63,663 bases of DNA. Source: a virus. Its lineage: Duplodnaviria > Caudoviricetes. Positions 49,701 through 61,000 of the stretch are shown here, piece by piece (position 1 is the stretch's first letter; every line of letters begins with the position of its first letter). The translations under genes and the position numbers were made by a program. The stretch covers positions 1 through 63,663 of IMG/VR virus record IMGVR_UViG_3300021354_000008; one strand, 5' to 3'. The notes beneath the pieces were generated by a model, which worked only from the letters and a program-made list of their open reading frames with translations, was not told where the DNA came from and searched no databases.

Positions 49701-51629
49701 CTTGATAAGTTATCTCAAACAACAGACAAAGCTGCACAAGCTAAAGACATGTTTAAAGATTTCTACACTATAAAAGAACAAGAGAAACAAAACTATTCTA
49801 AACTAGATCCTGAAACTAATAAGGTTAAAAAGCAAATTCCTAAATACTTTACTAGAACAGAAAAAGATGTCACTCAACTATCTAGAGACTTAACCAAGGT
49901 AGGACCATTGTGGATCAAAGCTTTATTACAATATGAAAGTGCTAAGAACATGGAGAACATGTTACTTACTATGCATGCTGTGGAGAAAGCTAAAGGTCAT
50001 ATCATCACTGAAAAGGATGAAATTGTTTGGGAAGGTGGAGCACCTAAAGTGGATTTAGGTTCTAATAAGAATGCTGATACCTTACAGATAATTGCTGATG
50101 ATGCCTTATATGGATTAAGTGAAGACTTAAGTTCTATTGGTAATATTGGATTGGGTAAGTTAACTAATAGTGAAGAGAAAAAGCTTGCTACTAAGAAGAT
50201 ATTAAACAATGCCAACAAGCTTACACAATCATTAGCTGTAGGTTTAAAAGCATTAATTGCTATTCCTAACTACTTTGGTCAACACTTCCAAGCATTTATT
50301 AATGCTGGTAACTTATACAAGTTTAGTGACTATGAAAAGAATCATTTAAATATGTTTGTTCCTGGAGGATTAACCACAGAAGACAAAGCTTTAATTGATT
50401 TGTTTGTTCCTTTAAATGAAGACATTGCTAAAGAGAAACAAAGAGAATTGGCTAAGAAGCAGGGATATGTTAAAGCATTAAGTGCTTGGTCAGTTGCTGA
50501 TGTAACCATGGTTACTAACTATCTTCCAGAAAAGATATTACAATTAACTAATGCTAAAACCATGAATGACAATTACATGGTAGAGAATGGCAATATTGTA
50601 AACATTAGACAATATTTAAAAGCTCAAGACAGACAAACCAAATATCAAATGTCTGTAGCAGATAGACGTGCTCTAGAAAATAGTTTTGAGGATAGAGTGA
50701 AAGAGTTACAGGAAACAAGATCCCTACCTAAGATAGTTAAAGTGACAGATGATGAAGTGACTATTCCTGGAGTATCTGATGAAGAACTAGCTAAGTATCG
50801 TACCAAGGTGGTTGAATATGGTAGAAACTTAAGTGGTCAAATGAGTCAAGATAACAAAGCTGAATACAGAAGAGATTCTTTACTTAAGTCATTCATGATG
50901 TTTAAGAACTGGATTCCTAAACAAGTGGGATTACGTACATTAGATATTCAAAAGAATATGGAACTTGATGAGTGGGAGTATGGTAGAACTAGATTGTTTG
51001 TAAAGACTTGGGCTCATTTAGGACTTACAGGTATTAATAAAATGAGAGACATCCTTCAAGGAAACGAACAAGGGTTAGCTATCATGGATGAAATACTTCA
51101 AGCTAAGAAACAAGAATACTATAATAAAACAGGACAGGAGTTAAATATTACACAAGAGGAGTTTTATGATATGATGAGGAGAGAACTATCTAATCAAATG
51201 AAAGAACTTGGACTTCTGTTTGGATTAATGGCTCTTGTATTAGCTGCCAAAGCTGCTGTTCCTCCAGATGATGCTGATGCACTCACTAAGAATAAATATA
51301 AGTTCTGGGCTAAGGCTATTAATAAAATATCTGATGAGCTTGCGTTCTATTATAACCCTATGTCATTTGAACAAATGACTAAAGGATCTGTACTTCCAGC
51401 TATGGGAATTCTTGTAAAAGCAGAAAGAGCTGTAGGTGCCTTGGGCAAAGAAGCATATGGATATGCTACAGGTGATGAAAAGCTACAAGAGAAAGCTCAT
51501 CCTGTTAAATACTTCTTAGATCTTATTCCAGGACCTGCTCAATTTGATCAAGAGATACTTCCTCTTATAGATCCTGAGCTAGCTAAAGAAATGGGCATCA
51601 AAGTAAGTTCTCAAGCTAGACAACAATAG
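46773..51629 (+). CDS. Large cargo protein with PD-(D/E)xK nuclease domain and degenerate zincin-like domain
   Basis: SVT...G..GH...E...TVDLIA...IYDWKF...QMGEY (about 47810-48290); EETVH (47265-47279); C-terminal MMFKNWIP and hydrophobic helix. Confidence 0.75.
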   Translation: MSNCNDKKKFRTAEASTKSQLRTNGLIDNFLNILKQNEFRKKNKELTDYAKSKYGVDQGMLFSERTVYSAGNEYYQAVANKPAFKAIDEAKGVNYQLESVPASKASDATINLMKEAGKQMGIDFQDLADYAEKYDVDTNGVNGVADLTRGVIAIALGKENAALTEETVHIATAIIEQVNPALMTKLISEIGKYKMYKQVFDQYSVDPRYQTSDGKPNIRKIKKEAVDKLITEHIVNQTEGNTEFPELREQNERNLAQRLWDAILDFVKGLYNKSKVDIFADTAAQIAAGETGGTVADITEGGIYLQKTNEAVDKIYDKITDIDNRMILVPETATDKRHYKLDGEKVAVSVTEKIKSKNKNERTDFQKSQDVQMQQWGLAGHGFAENVLINDLIDKDGYARKDFGNTKISSPLNSTIQNSVRSYLEELVRSYPEGTRFLVERKVVNDKVKGMIGSTVDLIAIAPDEKTGVKVDIYDWKFTNFDKSLNEDIPFYKQDEWKLQMGEYSKILFNYGLNPNQLRRARMIPFVATYRNAIPGDNKSKLILSGLEVGKFDNLKETKLYLLPVAIDTESTGDKKTDELVKSLRAQWQKLYKRPTSPEERFAKNIRLNELSKAIRFLHMKLDFAPLYNIGKSFLESAKQTMSDFENIDYSKLSQKEIADKLGDLLDFKNSAEKFTKADEIYLASLDKENLNEEEKTVLKGLESISNSTERMLLKINELQKDFVIQYALKEGATTEAAKERFLDAEKEIDFLSKTFLEGSKLSPRIIKLASNTIINARSLVDIQVSKQVKKFEPLLLALEKEAAAKGVTGFDLIGKVDGDTLKLIKKIDKDFWNDLSKAKTNKNKRFILDNIDIAKYNKLAKEAIDNGIAELEKVQFAANPVKDKEIREFRIKKLKDSLDINRDTFNGYQGYQFAYLFNQAMNEEDHLSKEYKEMAKSKAALDMWNFFTELNEKGKELGYLEQKGLSFFPLVEATMLDKLSQTTDKAAQAKDMFKDFYTIKEQEKQNYSKLDPETNKVKKQIPKYFTRTEKDVTQLSRDLTKVGPLWIKALLQYESAKNMENMLLTMHAVEKAKGHIITEKDEIVWEGGAPKVDLGSNKNADTLQIIADDALYGLSEDLSSIGNIGLGKLTNSEEKKLATKKILNNANKLTQSLAVGLKALIAIPNYFGQHFQAFINAGNLYKFSDYEKNHLNMFVPGGLTTEDKALIDLFVPLNEDIAKEKQRELAKKQGYVKALSAWSVADVTMVTNYLPEKILQLTNAKTMNDNYMVENGNIVNIRQYLKAQDRQTKYQMSVADRRALENSFEDRVKELQETRSLPKIVKVTDDEVTIPGVSDEELAKYRTKVVEYGRNLSGQMSQDNKAEYRRDSLLKSFMMFKNWIPKQVGLRTLDIQKNMELDEWEYGRTRLFVKTWAHLGLTGINKMRDILQGNEQGLAIMDEILQAKKQEYYNKTGQELNITQEEFYDMMRRELSNQMKELGLLFGLMALVLAAKAAVPPDDADALTKNKYKFWAKAINKISDELAFYYNPMSFEQMTKGSVLPAMGILVKAERAVGALGKEAYGYATGDEKLQEKAHPVKYFLDLIPGPAQFDQEILPLIDPELAKEMGIKVSSQARQQ

Positions 51630-51637
51630 TCATAAAG

Positions 51638-51702
51638 AATGCTATATTATGTAGCATACTTTTTTTTAACACATTGAAATTAAATAATTTTACCTATTTT
51701 TG
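51638..51702 (+). promoter_or_regulatory. Box A (palindromic ATGCTA-N7-TAGCAT, possibly doubling as a weak terminator) plus promoter for the fibre operon
   Basis: AATGCTATATTATG 51638-51651; ATTG (51673-51676), 18-nt spacer, TATTTTTG (51695-51702). Confidence 0.55.
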
Positions 51703-51778
51703 TACCTTAGGCAATCAGTATATAAGTATTGAGATACCTAATTGTATATCAATACATTACACATAATACGATATTACT

Positions 51779-53425
51779 ATGAACGTTACATGTTCTGGAT
51801 CTCCCTGTCCAATAATTCTTGACTCCAAGTGTGTCTTCTATGAAGGGCCCAATCTTATATGTACTGGTATTAATACCAATGATAATATACAAACTGCTTT
51901 ACAAAAGCTAGAAGTAGCTATTTGTGCAGGTGGTGGTGGTGGCACTGGTACGTCTGGTACTAGTGGCGTTTCAGGAGCTACTGGTACATCAGGAACTTCT
52001 GGTTCTACTGGTTTATCTGGTAGTGCTGGTACATCTGGAGCTAATGGAACAAGTGGAGCTAATGGAACATCTGGAGCAAATGGTACGTCAGGTGCTAATG
52101 GCACATCTGGTGCAAGTGGATCTTCTGGAACTAGTGGTTCAACTGGTATATCTGGAACAGCTGGTACTTCTGGTATTAGTGGCACTTCAGGTACAGATGG
52201 ATCTAATGGTTTAAGTGGAGATAGATATGCAACAAATTCAACTGATAGTATAAACTTATCAACTCTAGTTCCAAGCACTAATCAAACTATAAATGTTGGA
52301 ACAGGTTTAGCATATACAACAGGACAACCTGTAATAGCTGCTCATAGTGTAACTGATTACTTTGAAGGTCTTGTAGATAGCTATGCTGGTGAAAGTGGAA
52401 TATTAGTAATTAATGTTTCTGCTGTAACTGGTTCAGGAACATTTACTACATGGGAAGTTAACCTTGCTGGTGCTGGTGCTGATGGTTCCTCTGGAACATC
52501 TGGTGCTAATGGCACTTCAGGAGTTAATGGAACATCTGGCATAAGTGGTACAGCTGGTATTAGTGGTACTGCTGGTACATCTGGTTCAAATGGTATATCT
52601 GGAACTGCAGGCACTTCTGGTGACAGTGGTTCATCAGGAACTTCAGGACAAACAGGAAGTTCTGGAACATCTGGTTCTTCAGGCAACAATGGAACTTCAG
52701 GTATAAGTGGTACTGCTGGAACTTCAGGTTCTGCAGGTACATCAGGTGAAACTGGTTCATCAGGTACATCTGGAGCTGCTGGTATAAATGGTACAGCAGG
52801 TACATCTGGAGCTAATGGAACATCTGGAACATCAGGTGCAGCAGGAGCTACAGGTACTTCAGGTACAAGTGGTAACAATGGTACATCTGGTACAGCTGGA
52901 GCTAATGGTTCTTCAGGTACTTCAGGATCAGGAACAGCTGGTACATCTGGTAGTTCAGGTACTGGTGGAAATGGAACAGCTGGTACTTCAGGAAATACAG
53001 GAACTGCAGGTACTTCTGGTTCTTCTGGTACATCAAGTACACCTACAGGAGTTTCTTATAATTATAGATTTGTTGTAGCAACTTCTGGTGGTTCAATATC
53101 TAGCATTACATCAGCAACTGCTCCAAGTGGTGCCAACTTAATTGGTGCATCAGGTTGGACATTTGCAGTGGCTGGAGCAAATGTTAATGTAACACATCCT
53201 TTAGGAAATACAATCATTGGTGCATTTAGTTTAGGTTTAAATACAACTAACCAAGCTATGAGAGCATTCACTGGTGTAGCTACAAGTACTTATTCATTGA
53301 TGTCAAATGCATCATTTACAATAGCAAGTTTTTATAGCTTAACAGCAGCTAATGCTGGATTTAATGGTGCAGCTTCTGATCCAAATGCTTTGACTATAAC
53401 TTTCCAATCAACTGTTTATAACTAA
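51779..53425 (+). CDS. Gly-Thr-Ser triplet-repeat fibre protein 1
   Basis: N-terminal CVFYEGPNL docking module, two G-X-Y tracts, a GTGLAYT domain and a beta-rich C-terminal head. Confidence 0.8.
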   Translation: MNVTCSGSPCPIILDSKCVFYEGPNLICTGINTNDNIQTALQKLEVAICAGGGGGTGTSGTSGVSGATGTSGTSGSTGLSGSAGTSGANGTSGANGTSGANGTSGANGTSGASGSSGTSGSTGISGTAGTSGISGTSGTDGSNGLSGDRYATNSTDSINLSTLVPSTNQTINVGTGLAYTTGQPVIAAHSVTDYFEGLVDSYAGESGILVINVSAVTGSGTFTTWEVNLAGAGADGSSGTSGANGTSGVNGTSGISGTAGISGTAGTSGSNGISGTAGTSGDSGSSGTSGQTGSSGTSGSSGNNGTSGISGTAGTSGSAGTSGETGSSGTSGAAGINGTAGTSGANGTSGTSGAAGATGTSGTSGNNGTSGTAGANGSSGTSGSGTAGTSGSSGTGGNGTAGTSGNTGTAGTSGSSGTSSTPTGVSYNYRFVVATSGGSISSITSATAPSGANLIGASGWTFAVAGANVNVTHPLGNTIIGAFSLGLNTTNQAMRAFTGVATSTYSLMSNASFTIASFYSLTAANAGFNGAASDPNALTITFQSTVYN

Positions 53426-53433
53426 TCAATAAC

Positions 53434-55371
53434 ATGGCATCATTAATACTCCCTCCTAAAAATATAGCAGTTTCAGTAAATCCAGGATCTGTTGTTCCTG
53501 CATCTTACTATTCTAATCCTCTATCTGTTTGGAATGGGTATCCTACTAGCTATCATGTAACATTAACAGTTACTCCACAAACAAACTCATCTGAAGATAC
53601 TACACCTGAACAATATCAATGGGATGGTAATGATATTACAGTGGGTATGTGGCTTGGTCAAAACAATGGAGCAACATATGAAATTGTAACTATAAGTTCA
53701 CAAACTTCTACAGAATTAGTTGGTATAATTCAAGATGTAGATTTATATGTGCTTTTGAATGACAATAACCAATCTGGTGCTAATCAACCATTAGAAGAAC
53801 AAGAAAGTTTAGTATTTGAAATTGGTGAAGATGGTCTTCCAATTATTACACCAACAGCTCTTATTGTTGGTACAATTGGTACAGCTGCACAATGGTTAAA
53901 TGATTTACACGATAGATTTAGATATAGAAATTACTTAACTGATTTCTTTACTTTGAATCCTAATGATGATACATACACTGGATTTGCTGTTGGAGATTTA
54001 GTATCTCTTAACTCAAGTGGAGTGTGGGTAAAGGTAACAGGATCAACCAGTAGTGACATCACAAGCATAGTGGGTGCTGTAACATCTGTTAACACTCCTA
54101 ATGATGGTAACTTAAGAGTGAGACCTTTTGGAAGAGTTGTATTTAATAATATTGATTTAACAGGCATAGGAAATGTTGGAGATACCATCTACTTAGATAC
54201 TGATGGTACATTAACTGCATCTCAACCAACTCCTCCTTATTATGCTGTATATATAAAATTATCTAACAGTGCTGCCATGGTTTTACCAAAGGTGGCAACT
54301 GGTGGTGCAGGTGGTGGAACAGGAACATCAGGTACATCTGGTGAGTCTGGATCATCTGGCACTTCAGGAATAGATGGTACATCTGGTACAGATGGTACTA
54401 ATGGTTCATCAGGAACAAGTGGAGAATCAGGAACAAGTGGAACAGATGGTTCTAGTGGTACATCAGGTGAGAGTGGGTCTTCTGGTACATCAGGAGAAAC
54501 TGGTACATCAGGAACTTCAGGAGATTCTGGTACTTCAGGTACAAGTGGAACAAGTGGAGAGTCTGGTACATCTGGTATTGATGGTACAAGTGGTTCTGCT
54601 GGTACATCTGGTGAAAGTGGTACCTCTGGTACTTCTGGTGCAACACCATTACTTTGTACACCATTTTTAGCAGGAGATTATTATTTTCAAGCAGTAGGTA
54701 CAACTTATAATGGACTTTCATACGCAGGTATGTCATGGGGTGCTGGGCAAACATTAAGTGTATATGCACCTGATGATATTATACAATATATGTTAATAAC
54801 TTCTTATGATGCTACAACAGGTAGTTTAGTTGCAGTTATTACATATTCTCAAAATCCTGGTTATAAAACACAGGCAGGAGTTACTCTTTGTCTTGTAGGA
54901 ACAAAAGGTACAGATGGTACATCTGGTACTTCTGGTACAAGTGGTGAGTCTGGTACATCTGGTGAAACTGGAACTTCAGGAACATCAGGAACATCAGGTG
55001 AAAGTGGAACAAGTGGCACCTCAGGAATAGATGGTACAAGTGGTACAGCTGGCACTACAGGAACAGATGGTTCAAGTGGTACTTCTGCACCATTAAATTT
55101 TGGTACAAGTGGTTCTGATATAATATTACCTTTACTAGCTTCATACTATTACTATGTAACACAATCTGATTGTATAGATGGTAATTGTTCATCAAATATT
55201 AATACAGCAATTGCTTTTTCTTCTGTACCTTTAAAGGTAGGTTGGTTCTATAAAATAGGAATAAACTCTTATGTTTGGAGAATTGATTCTATAGTATCAG
55301 AACAAGCGTATGACATAGACTTATCTGCTGAGACTGGTTATGAGAGTTGTATAAGTGCTTGTCAATTTTAA
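53434..55371 (+). CDS. Gly-Thr-Ser triplet-repeat fibre protein 2
   Basis: Globular N-terminus, GTS/GES tracts, an internal beta domain and a Cys-rich C-terminal domain. Confidence 0.8.
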   Translation: MASLILPPKNIAVSVNPGSVVPASYYSNPLSVWNGYPTSYHVTLTVTPQTNSSEDTTPEQYQWDGNDITVGMWLGQNNGATYEIVTISSQTSTELVGIIQDVDLYVLLNDNNQSGANQPLEEQESLVFEIGEDGLPIITPTALIVGTIGTAAQWLNDLHDRFRYRNYLTDFFTLNPNDDTYTGFAVGDLVSLNSSGVWVKVTGSTSSDITSIVGAVTSVNTPNDGNLRVRPFGRVVFNNIDLTGIGNVGDTIYLDTDGTLTASQPTPPYYAVYIKLSNSAAMVLPKVATGGAGGGTGTSGTSGESGSSGTSGIDGTSGTDGTNGSSGTSGESGTSGTDGSSGTSGESGSSGTSGETGTSGTSGDSGTSGTSGTSGESGTSGIDGTSGSAGTSGESGTSGTSGATPLLCTPFLAGDYYFQAVGTTYNGLSYAGMSWGAGQTLSVYAPDDIIQYMLITSYDATTGSLVAVITYSQNPGYKTQAGVTLCLVGTKGTDGTSGTSGTSGESGTSGETGTSGTSGTSGESGTSGTSGIDGTSGTAGTTGTDGSSGTSAPLNFGTSGSDIILPLLASYYYYVTQSDCIDGNCSSNINTAIAFSSVPLKVGWFYKIGINSYVWRIDSIVSEQAYDIDLSAETGYESCISACQF

Positions 55372-55409
55372 CAGTTTAACCTTAATAAAAATAAAAAAAT
55401 AATTTAATT

Positions 55410-58070
55410 ATGTCGTATCAAAACATCTCGATTACCACCCAGCCAGAGTTATCGTTTATAACTGGAGAATTCATCCAAGTTATACATGATATCAACAATT
55501 ATATCTTTGGACAGGTAGTAACATATGACCCTATAACTGGGGCATTAACATTCACTCCTGTAAAATTTGTTGGTACAGGAGATTTTACATCATGGACAAT
55601 AGTAGTTTCAGGATCTCCAGGTGCTGATGGCACAAGTGGAACGTCTGGTTCTGCTGGTACATCAGGTTCTGCTGGTACTAATGGCTCTAGTGGAACTGAT
55701 GGCTCAAGTGGCACAGCTGGAACTAGTGGTTCTAGTGGTACGTCTGGAACTAATGGTACTTCAGGAACAACTGGTACTGATGGTAGTTCTGGTACAACAG
55801 GAACAAGTGGTACATCTGGTACTGTAGGTACAAGTGGTACTTCTGGCTCTTCTGGAACATCAGCTACTGATGGTTCTAGTGGTACTTCAGGCACTGATGG
55901 TTCAAGTGGAACTGATGGTTCTTCTGGATCATCTGGAACAAGTGGAACTGATGGGTCTAGTGGTACGAGTGGCACAGATGGATCATCTGGTTCAAGTGGT
56001 ACTGATGGCTCTAGTGGTACATCAGGAACTAATGGAACTGATGGATCTTCTGGTACAGATGGTTCTTCTGGTACTGATGGCTCCTCTGGAACAAATGGTA
56101 GCTCAGGAACTGATGGATCTTCTGGATCTAGTGGAACTGATGGGTCAAGTGGAACTTCTGGTTCTTCAGGTACAGTGGGTACAGCTGGTACATCAGGTTC
56201 AAGTGGAACAAGTGGTACTAATGGATCTAGTGGAACAAGTGCAACAAGTGGGTCAAGTGGAACTTCAGGTACTGATGGTAGCTCAGGTTCTAGTGGCACA
56301 GATGGATCTTCTGGAACAGATGGATCTAGTGGAACTGATGGAAGTTCTGGCACAAGTGGTACAGATGGCTCCTCTGGTACAAGCGGTACAGATGGATCTT
56401 CAGGTACAAGTGGCACAGATGGCTCTAGTGGAACTAGTGGAACTGATGGTTCCAGTGGAACTAGTGGAACAAATGGCACAGCTGGTACTTCAGGATCTAG
56501 TGGTACTGTAGGTACATCAGGTACAAGTGGTACAGCAGGTACAAGTGCAACAGATGGTTCTTCTGGAACAAGTGGAACTACTGGAACTGATGGTTCATCA
56601 GGTACTAGTGGAACAGATGGTTCAAGTGGAACAAGTGGGTCAAGTGGTACAGATGGGTCAAGTGGAACTGATGGATCTAGTGGAACTGCAGGTTCTTCAG
56701 GTCTTTCTGGAGATAGATATGCTACGACATCTTCTACACTTGTTGATTTAGGAAATATACTTGTAGGAGATTTAGTATCAATAACAATAGGAACTGGTCT
56801 TGCTTACACAATAGCACAAAATGCAGTTGTATCTAATAGCATAACAGAATATTTTGAAGGTTTAGTTGTTTCATATGATAGTGGAACTGGTGCAATGGTT
56901 TTAAGCGTTACAAACATTGTTGGTAATAATGCTTACACTTCTTGGTTAGTAAACCTTGAAGGTGCAGCTGGTGGTGATGGTTCTTCAGGTACAAGTGGTT
57001 CTAGTGGAACAAGTGGTACAGCTGGAACTAGTGGTTCATCAGGTTCTGATGGTTCTTCTGGCACAAGTGGTACTGATGGTTCAAATGGTACATCTGGTAC
57101 AAGTGGTACAAGTGCTACTTCTGGTTCTAGTGGTACAGATGGTTCTAGTGGAACTTCTGCTACTTCAGGTAGTTCAGGAACAACAGGTACAGATGGTTCA
57201 AGTGGAACATCTGGTACAGATGGCTCTTCAGGTACTTCAGGTACTGATGGCTCAAGTGGAACTTCTGGAACTTCTGGAACAGCAGGTACAAGTGGAAGCA
57301 CAGGCACAAGTGGAACTACAGGAACAAGTGGAACTACAGGTACTTCAGGATCAAGTGGTACAAGTGCAAGTAGTGGAAGCTCTGGAACTAGTGGTTCTAG
57401 TGGAACAACAGGAACAAGTGGTACAGATGGCAGCAGTGGTACAAGTGGCACTGATGGTAGTTCAGGTACAGATGGTTCAAATGGTTCAAGTGGAACTAGT
57501 GGAACAGATGGATCAAATGGTAGCAGTGGTACAGATGGTAGCTCAGGAACAAGTGGTTCTAGTGGTACTGATGGATCAAGTGGTACTGATGGGTCTTCAG
57601 GAACTAGTGGTACAACAGGTACTTCTGGAACAACTGGAACATCAGGAACTTCAGGTTCTAGTGGTACTAGTGCAAGTTCAGGATCAAGTGGTACTACAGG
57701 AACATCTGGAACTGATGGATCTAGTGGAACATCTGGAACTGATGGAAGCTCTGGAACAAGTGGAACTGCAGGTACAAGTGGAACTAGTGGGTCTTCTGGT
57801 ACATCAGGTACTGATGGAAGTTCAGGCACCTCTGGTACTGATGGAAGCTCTGGAACTTCTGGTACAAGTGGAAGCTCTGGTACTACAGGAACATCTGGTA
57901 CAAGTGGTTCTTCAGGAACATCAGGTGAGTCTGGAACAGCTGGAACAGCTGGAACAACAGGTACATCTGGTACTGCAGGAACTACAGGTACAAGTGCAAC
58001 AAGTGGATTTACACCTATGTTTGTTGGAACAAGTGGAAATTCAATTGTATTGCCTTTATCTGGTATTTAA
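55410..58070 (+). CDS. Gly-Thr-Ser triplet-repeat fibre protein 3
   Basis: Two long GTS/GSS/GTD tracts separated by a GTGLAYT domain. Confidence 0.8.
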   Translation: MSYQNISITTQPELSFITGEFIQVIHDINNYIFGQVVTYDPITGALTFTPVKFVGTGDFTSWTIVVSGSPGADGTSGTSGSAGTSGSAGTNGSSGTDGSSGTAGTSGSSGTSGTNGTSGTTGTDGSSGTTGTSGTSGTVGTSGTSGSSGTSATDGSSGTSGTDGSSGTDGSSGSSGTSGTDGSSGTSGTDGSSGSSGTDGSSGTSGTNGTDGSSGTDGSSGTDGSSGTNGSSGTDGSSGSSGTDGSSGTSGSSGTVGTAGTSGSSGTSGTNGSSGTSATSGSSGTSGTDGSSGSSGTDGSSGTDGSSGTDGSSGTSGTDGSSGTSGTDGSSGTSGTDGSSGTSGTDGSSGTSGTNGTAGTSGSSGTVGTSGTSGTAGTSATDGSSGTSGTTGTDGSSGTSGTDGSSGTSGSSGTDGSSGTDGSSGTAGSSGLSGDRYATTSSTLVDLGNILVGDLVSITIGTGLAYTIAQNAVVSNSITEYFEGLVVSYDSGTGAMVLSVTNIVGNNAYTSWLVNLEGAAGGDGSSGTSGSSGTSGTAGTSGSSGSDGSSGTSGTDGSNGTSGTSGTSATSGSSGTDGSSGTSATSGSSGTTGTDGSSGTSGTDGSSGTSGTDGSSGTSGTSGTAGTSGSTGTSGTTGTSGTTGTSGSSGTSASSGSSGTSGSSGTTGTSGTDGSSGTSGTDGSSGTDGSNGSSGTSGTDGSNGSSGTDGSSGTSGSSGTDGSSGTDGSSGTSGTTGTSGTTGTSGTSGSSGTSASSGSSGTTGTSGTDGSSGTSGTDGSSGTSGTAGTSGTSGSSGTSGTDGSSGTSGTDGSSGTSGTSGSSGTTGTSGTSGSSGTSGESGTAGTAGTTGTSGTAGTTGTSATSGFTPMFVGTSGNSIVLPLSGI

Positions 58071-58093
58071 AATAATAAAAATTAAAAACAAAT

Positions 58094-61000
58094 ATGTCAT
58101 ACTCTAATATAACCATTACTGTTAATAAAGACTTAGCTTTTGAACCCTTTGATTTTATTCAGCTAAGTCATGATGCTGATAATTACATTATTGGTAAAGT
58201 GGTGACATATGACTTTAATACAGGTTTGTTAGTCTTCACCCCCTTAACTTTTAAGGGGAGTGGAGATTATTCAACTTGGGATGTTGCCTTAAGTGGTATG
58301 CCTGGTGTTGAAGGAACATCAGGAACTAGTGGAACTGCTGGATCTAGTGGTTCATCAGGAACTGCAGGTACTAGTGCTACATCAGGTACTAGTGGATCTA
58401 GTGGAACTAGTGGATCTAGTGGAACTAGTGGCTCTAGTGGTTCAAGTGGAACAGATGGCTCTTCAGGAACAAGTGGAACTTCTGCATCAAGTGGTTCTAG
58501 TGGTACAACAGGAACTGATGGTTCTAGTGGTACAAGTGGATCTTCTGGAAGTTCTGGTACAGATGGAAGTTCAGGTACTGATGGATCTAGTGGGACAAGT
58601 GGTACATCAGGTACAAATGGTTCTTCTGGAACAAATGGTAGTAGTGGCACAAGTGCAACTAGTGGTACTAGTGCAACTTCAGGAACTAATGGTAGTAATG
58701 GCACCTCAGCAACAAGTGGTACCAATGGAACTGATGGATCAAGTGGAACTAATGGCTCAAGTGGTACGTCAGGAACAGATGGATCTAATGGTACATCTGG
58801 TAGCTCTGGTAGTTCAGGAACCAATGGCACAGCAGGAACTAGTGGTTCATCAGCTACAGCTGGAACTTCTGGCTCTAGTGGTTCATCTGGAACAACTGGT
58901 ACAAGTGGTACTAATGGAACATCAGGAACTAATGGAACAAGTGGTTCTTCTGGTTCATCTGGTTCCTCAGGAACAAGTGGATCAAGTGGAACAGCTGGAA
59001 CAAGTGCAACTAGTGGTACAAATGGAACACATGGTAGCTCAGGTTCATCTGGTACAGCTGGTACATCTGGATCAAGTGGTTCATCAGGTACATCAGGAAG
59101 TTCTGGTACAAGTGGAACCAATGGAACAAGTGGTACTAATGGTACAAATGGTTCTAGTGGTACATCAGCAACATCTGGCTCCTCTGGTACAACTGGTACT
59201 TCAGGGTCTAGTGGCTCTTCAGCAAGTTCAGGTTCTTCTGGAACAGCAGGTACCAATGGTACTAATGGTTCATCAGGAACTTCTGGAACTAATGGTACAA
59301 ATGGATCTTCTGGAACTACAGGAACATCTGGTACGAATGGTACCAATGGATCTAGTGGTACAACAGGAACCAATGGATCTAGTGGAACTTCAGGAACTAA
59401 TGGTACTGCAGGTTCATCAGGTACATCAGCGTCTTCTGGTTCATCAGGGACAAGTGGCTCGTCAGGAACTACTGGTACTTCTGGTACAAATGGAACAGCA
59501 GGTACATCAGGTTCAGCTGGTACCTCAGCTTCATCAGGATCAAGTGGTACTACAGGTACTAATGGATCTAGTGGAACTAGTGGAACTAATGGTACAAATG
59601 GTTCGTCAGGAACAAGTGGAACTAATGGAACCAATGGTTCATCAGGTACTACAGGAACAAATGGTTCTTCTGGAACTTCAGGAACCAATGGTACAAATGG
59701 TTCTTCAGGTACTAGTGGTACAAATGGTACTAATGGTTCTAGTGGAACATCAGGAACAAATGGTACATCAGGGTCTTCTGCAACTGCAGGTACTTCTGGA
59801 TCATCAGGATCTAGTGGTTCATCAGGTACAACAGGTACCTCTGGAACTAATGGTACTAGTGGCTCTTCAGCAACTGCAGGTACATCAGGTAGTTCTGCTA
59901 CAGCTGGAGCATCAGGAAACTTTGGTGGGGATACTTTATTATATACAATAGGAAACTATAGCTCAGCAGCAGGTGACCCAACCGCAGGAAAAATCAATTT
60001 GAATGCAGCAACTTTAGCCTTAACTACTCAATTATACATTAGTGTAACGGATGCTCAATCAGCGTCAGTAGGAAGTTGGTTAGCTGCATTAGGTACAAGT
60101 ACAAATGGTATCAAGGGTAGTATTAGAATTAGCCAAAACTATTCTTCTAATAACTATGCTGACTACCAAATCACTTCGTCAACAAACAATACTACTTATT
60201 ATACAGTAGTGGTATCAAATGTTGTAGTGAATGGAACTTTACCTTCTACAACTTCAACTACAATCTCTTTTGCAAGAGCAGGTAACGCAGGTTCAAGTGG
60301 AACATCAGGTACTTCAGGTACAAATGGTACAAGTGGAACCAGTGCATCTAGTGGTTCTAGTGGAACAACTGGTACAAGTGGAACAACTGGTACAAGTGGA
60401 ACTAATGGTTCAAGTGGAACCAGTGGAACTAATGGTACGAATGGTTCATCAGGAACTTCAGCAACCGCAGGTACTTCAGGTTCATCAGCAACTTCTGGAG
60501 CATCAGGAAACTTTGGTGGAGACACATTGTTATACACAATAGGTAGTTATAGTGCAGCAGCAGGTGATCCAACAGCAGGTAAAATTAACTTGAATGGTGC
60601 TACATTAGCTGCGACAACTCAATTATATATCAGTGTTACAGATGCACAATCTGCATCAGTGGGAACATGGTTAGCTGCTTTAGGAGCAAGTACAAATGGT
60701 GTTAAAGGTAGTATTAGATTAAGTCAAAACTATTCTTCTAACAACTATGCAGATTTTACAATAACTTCGTCAACAAACAATACCACTTATTATACAGTGG
60801 TTGTTTCAAACGTTGTTGTAAATGGTACATTGCCAGCAGCAACATCAAGCACCTTATCATTTGCTAGAGCAGGTAATGCTGGATCAAGTGGTACTTCTGG
60901 AACAAGTGGTACAAATGGTACAGCTGGAACATCTGGTTCATCTGGAACTAGTGGATCGTCTGGTACATCAGCTACAGCAGGTACTAATGGAACAGCAGGT

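Noticed and set aside
344-50218. Short overlapping ORFs (60-170 aa) inside or opposite the major genes
   Set aside because: Nested in well-supported CDSs, with no motifs or plausible leaders
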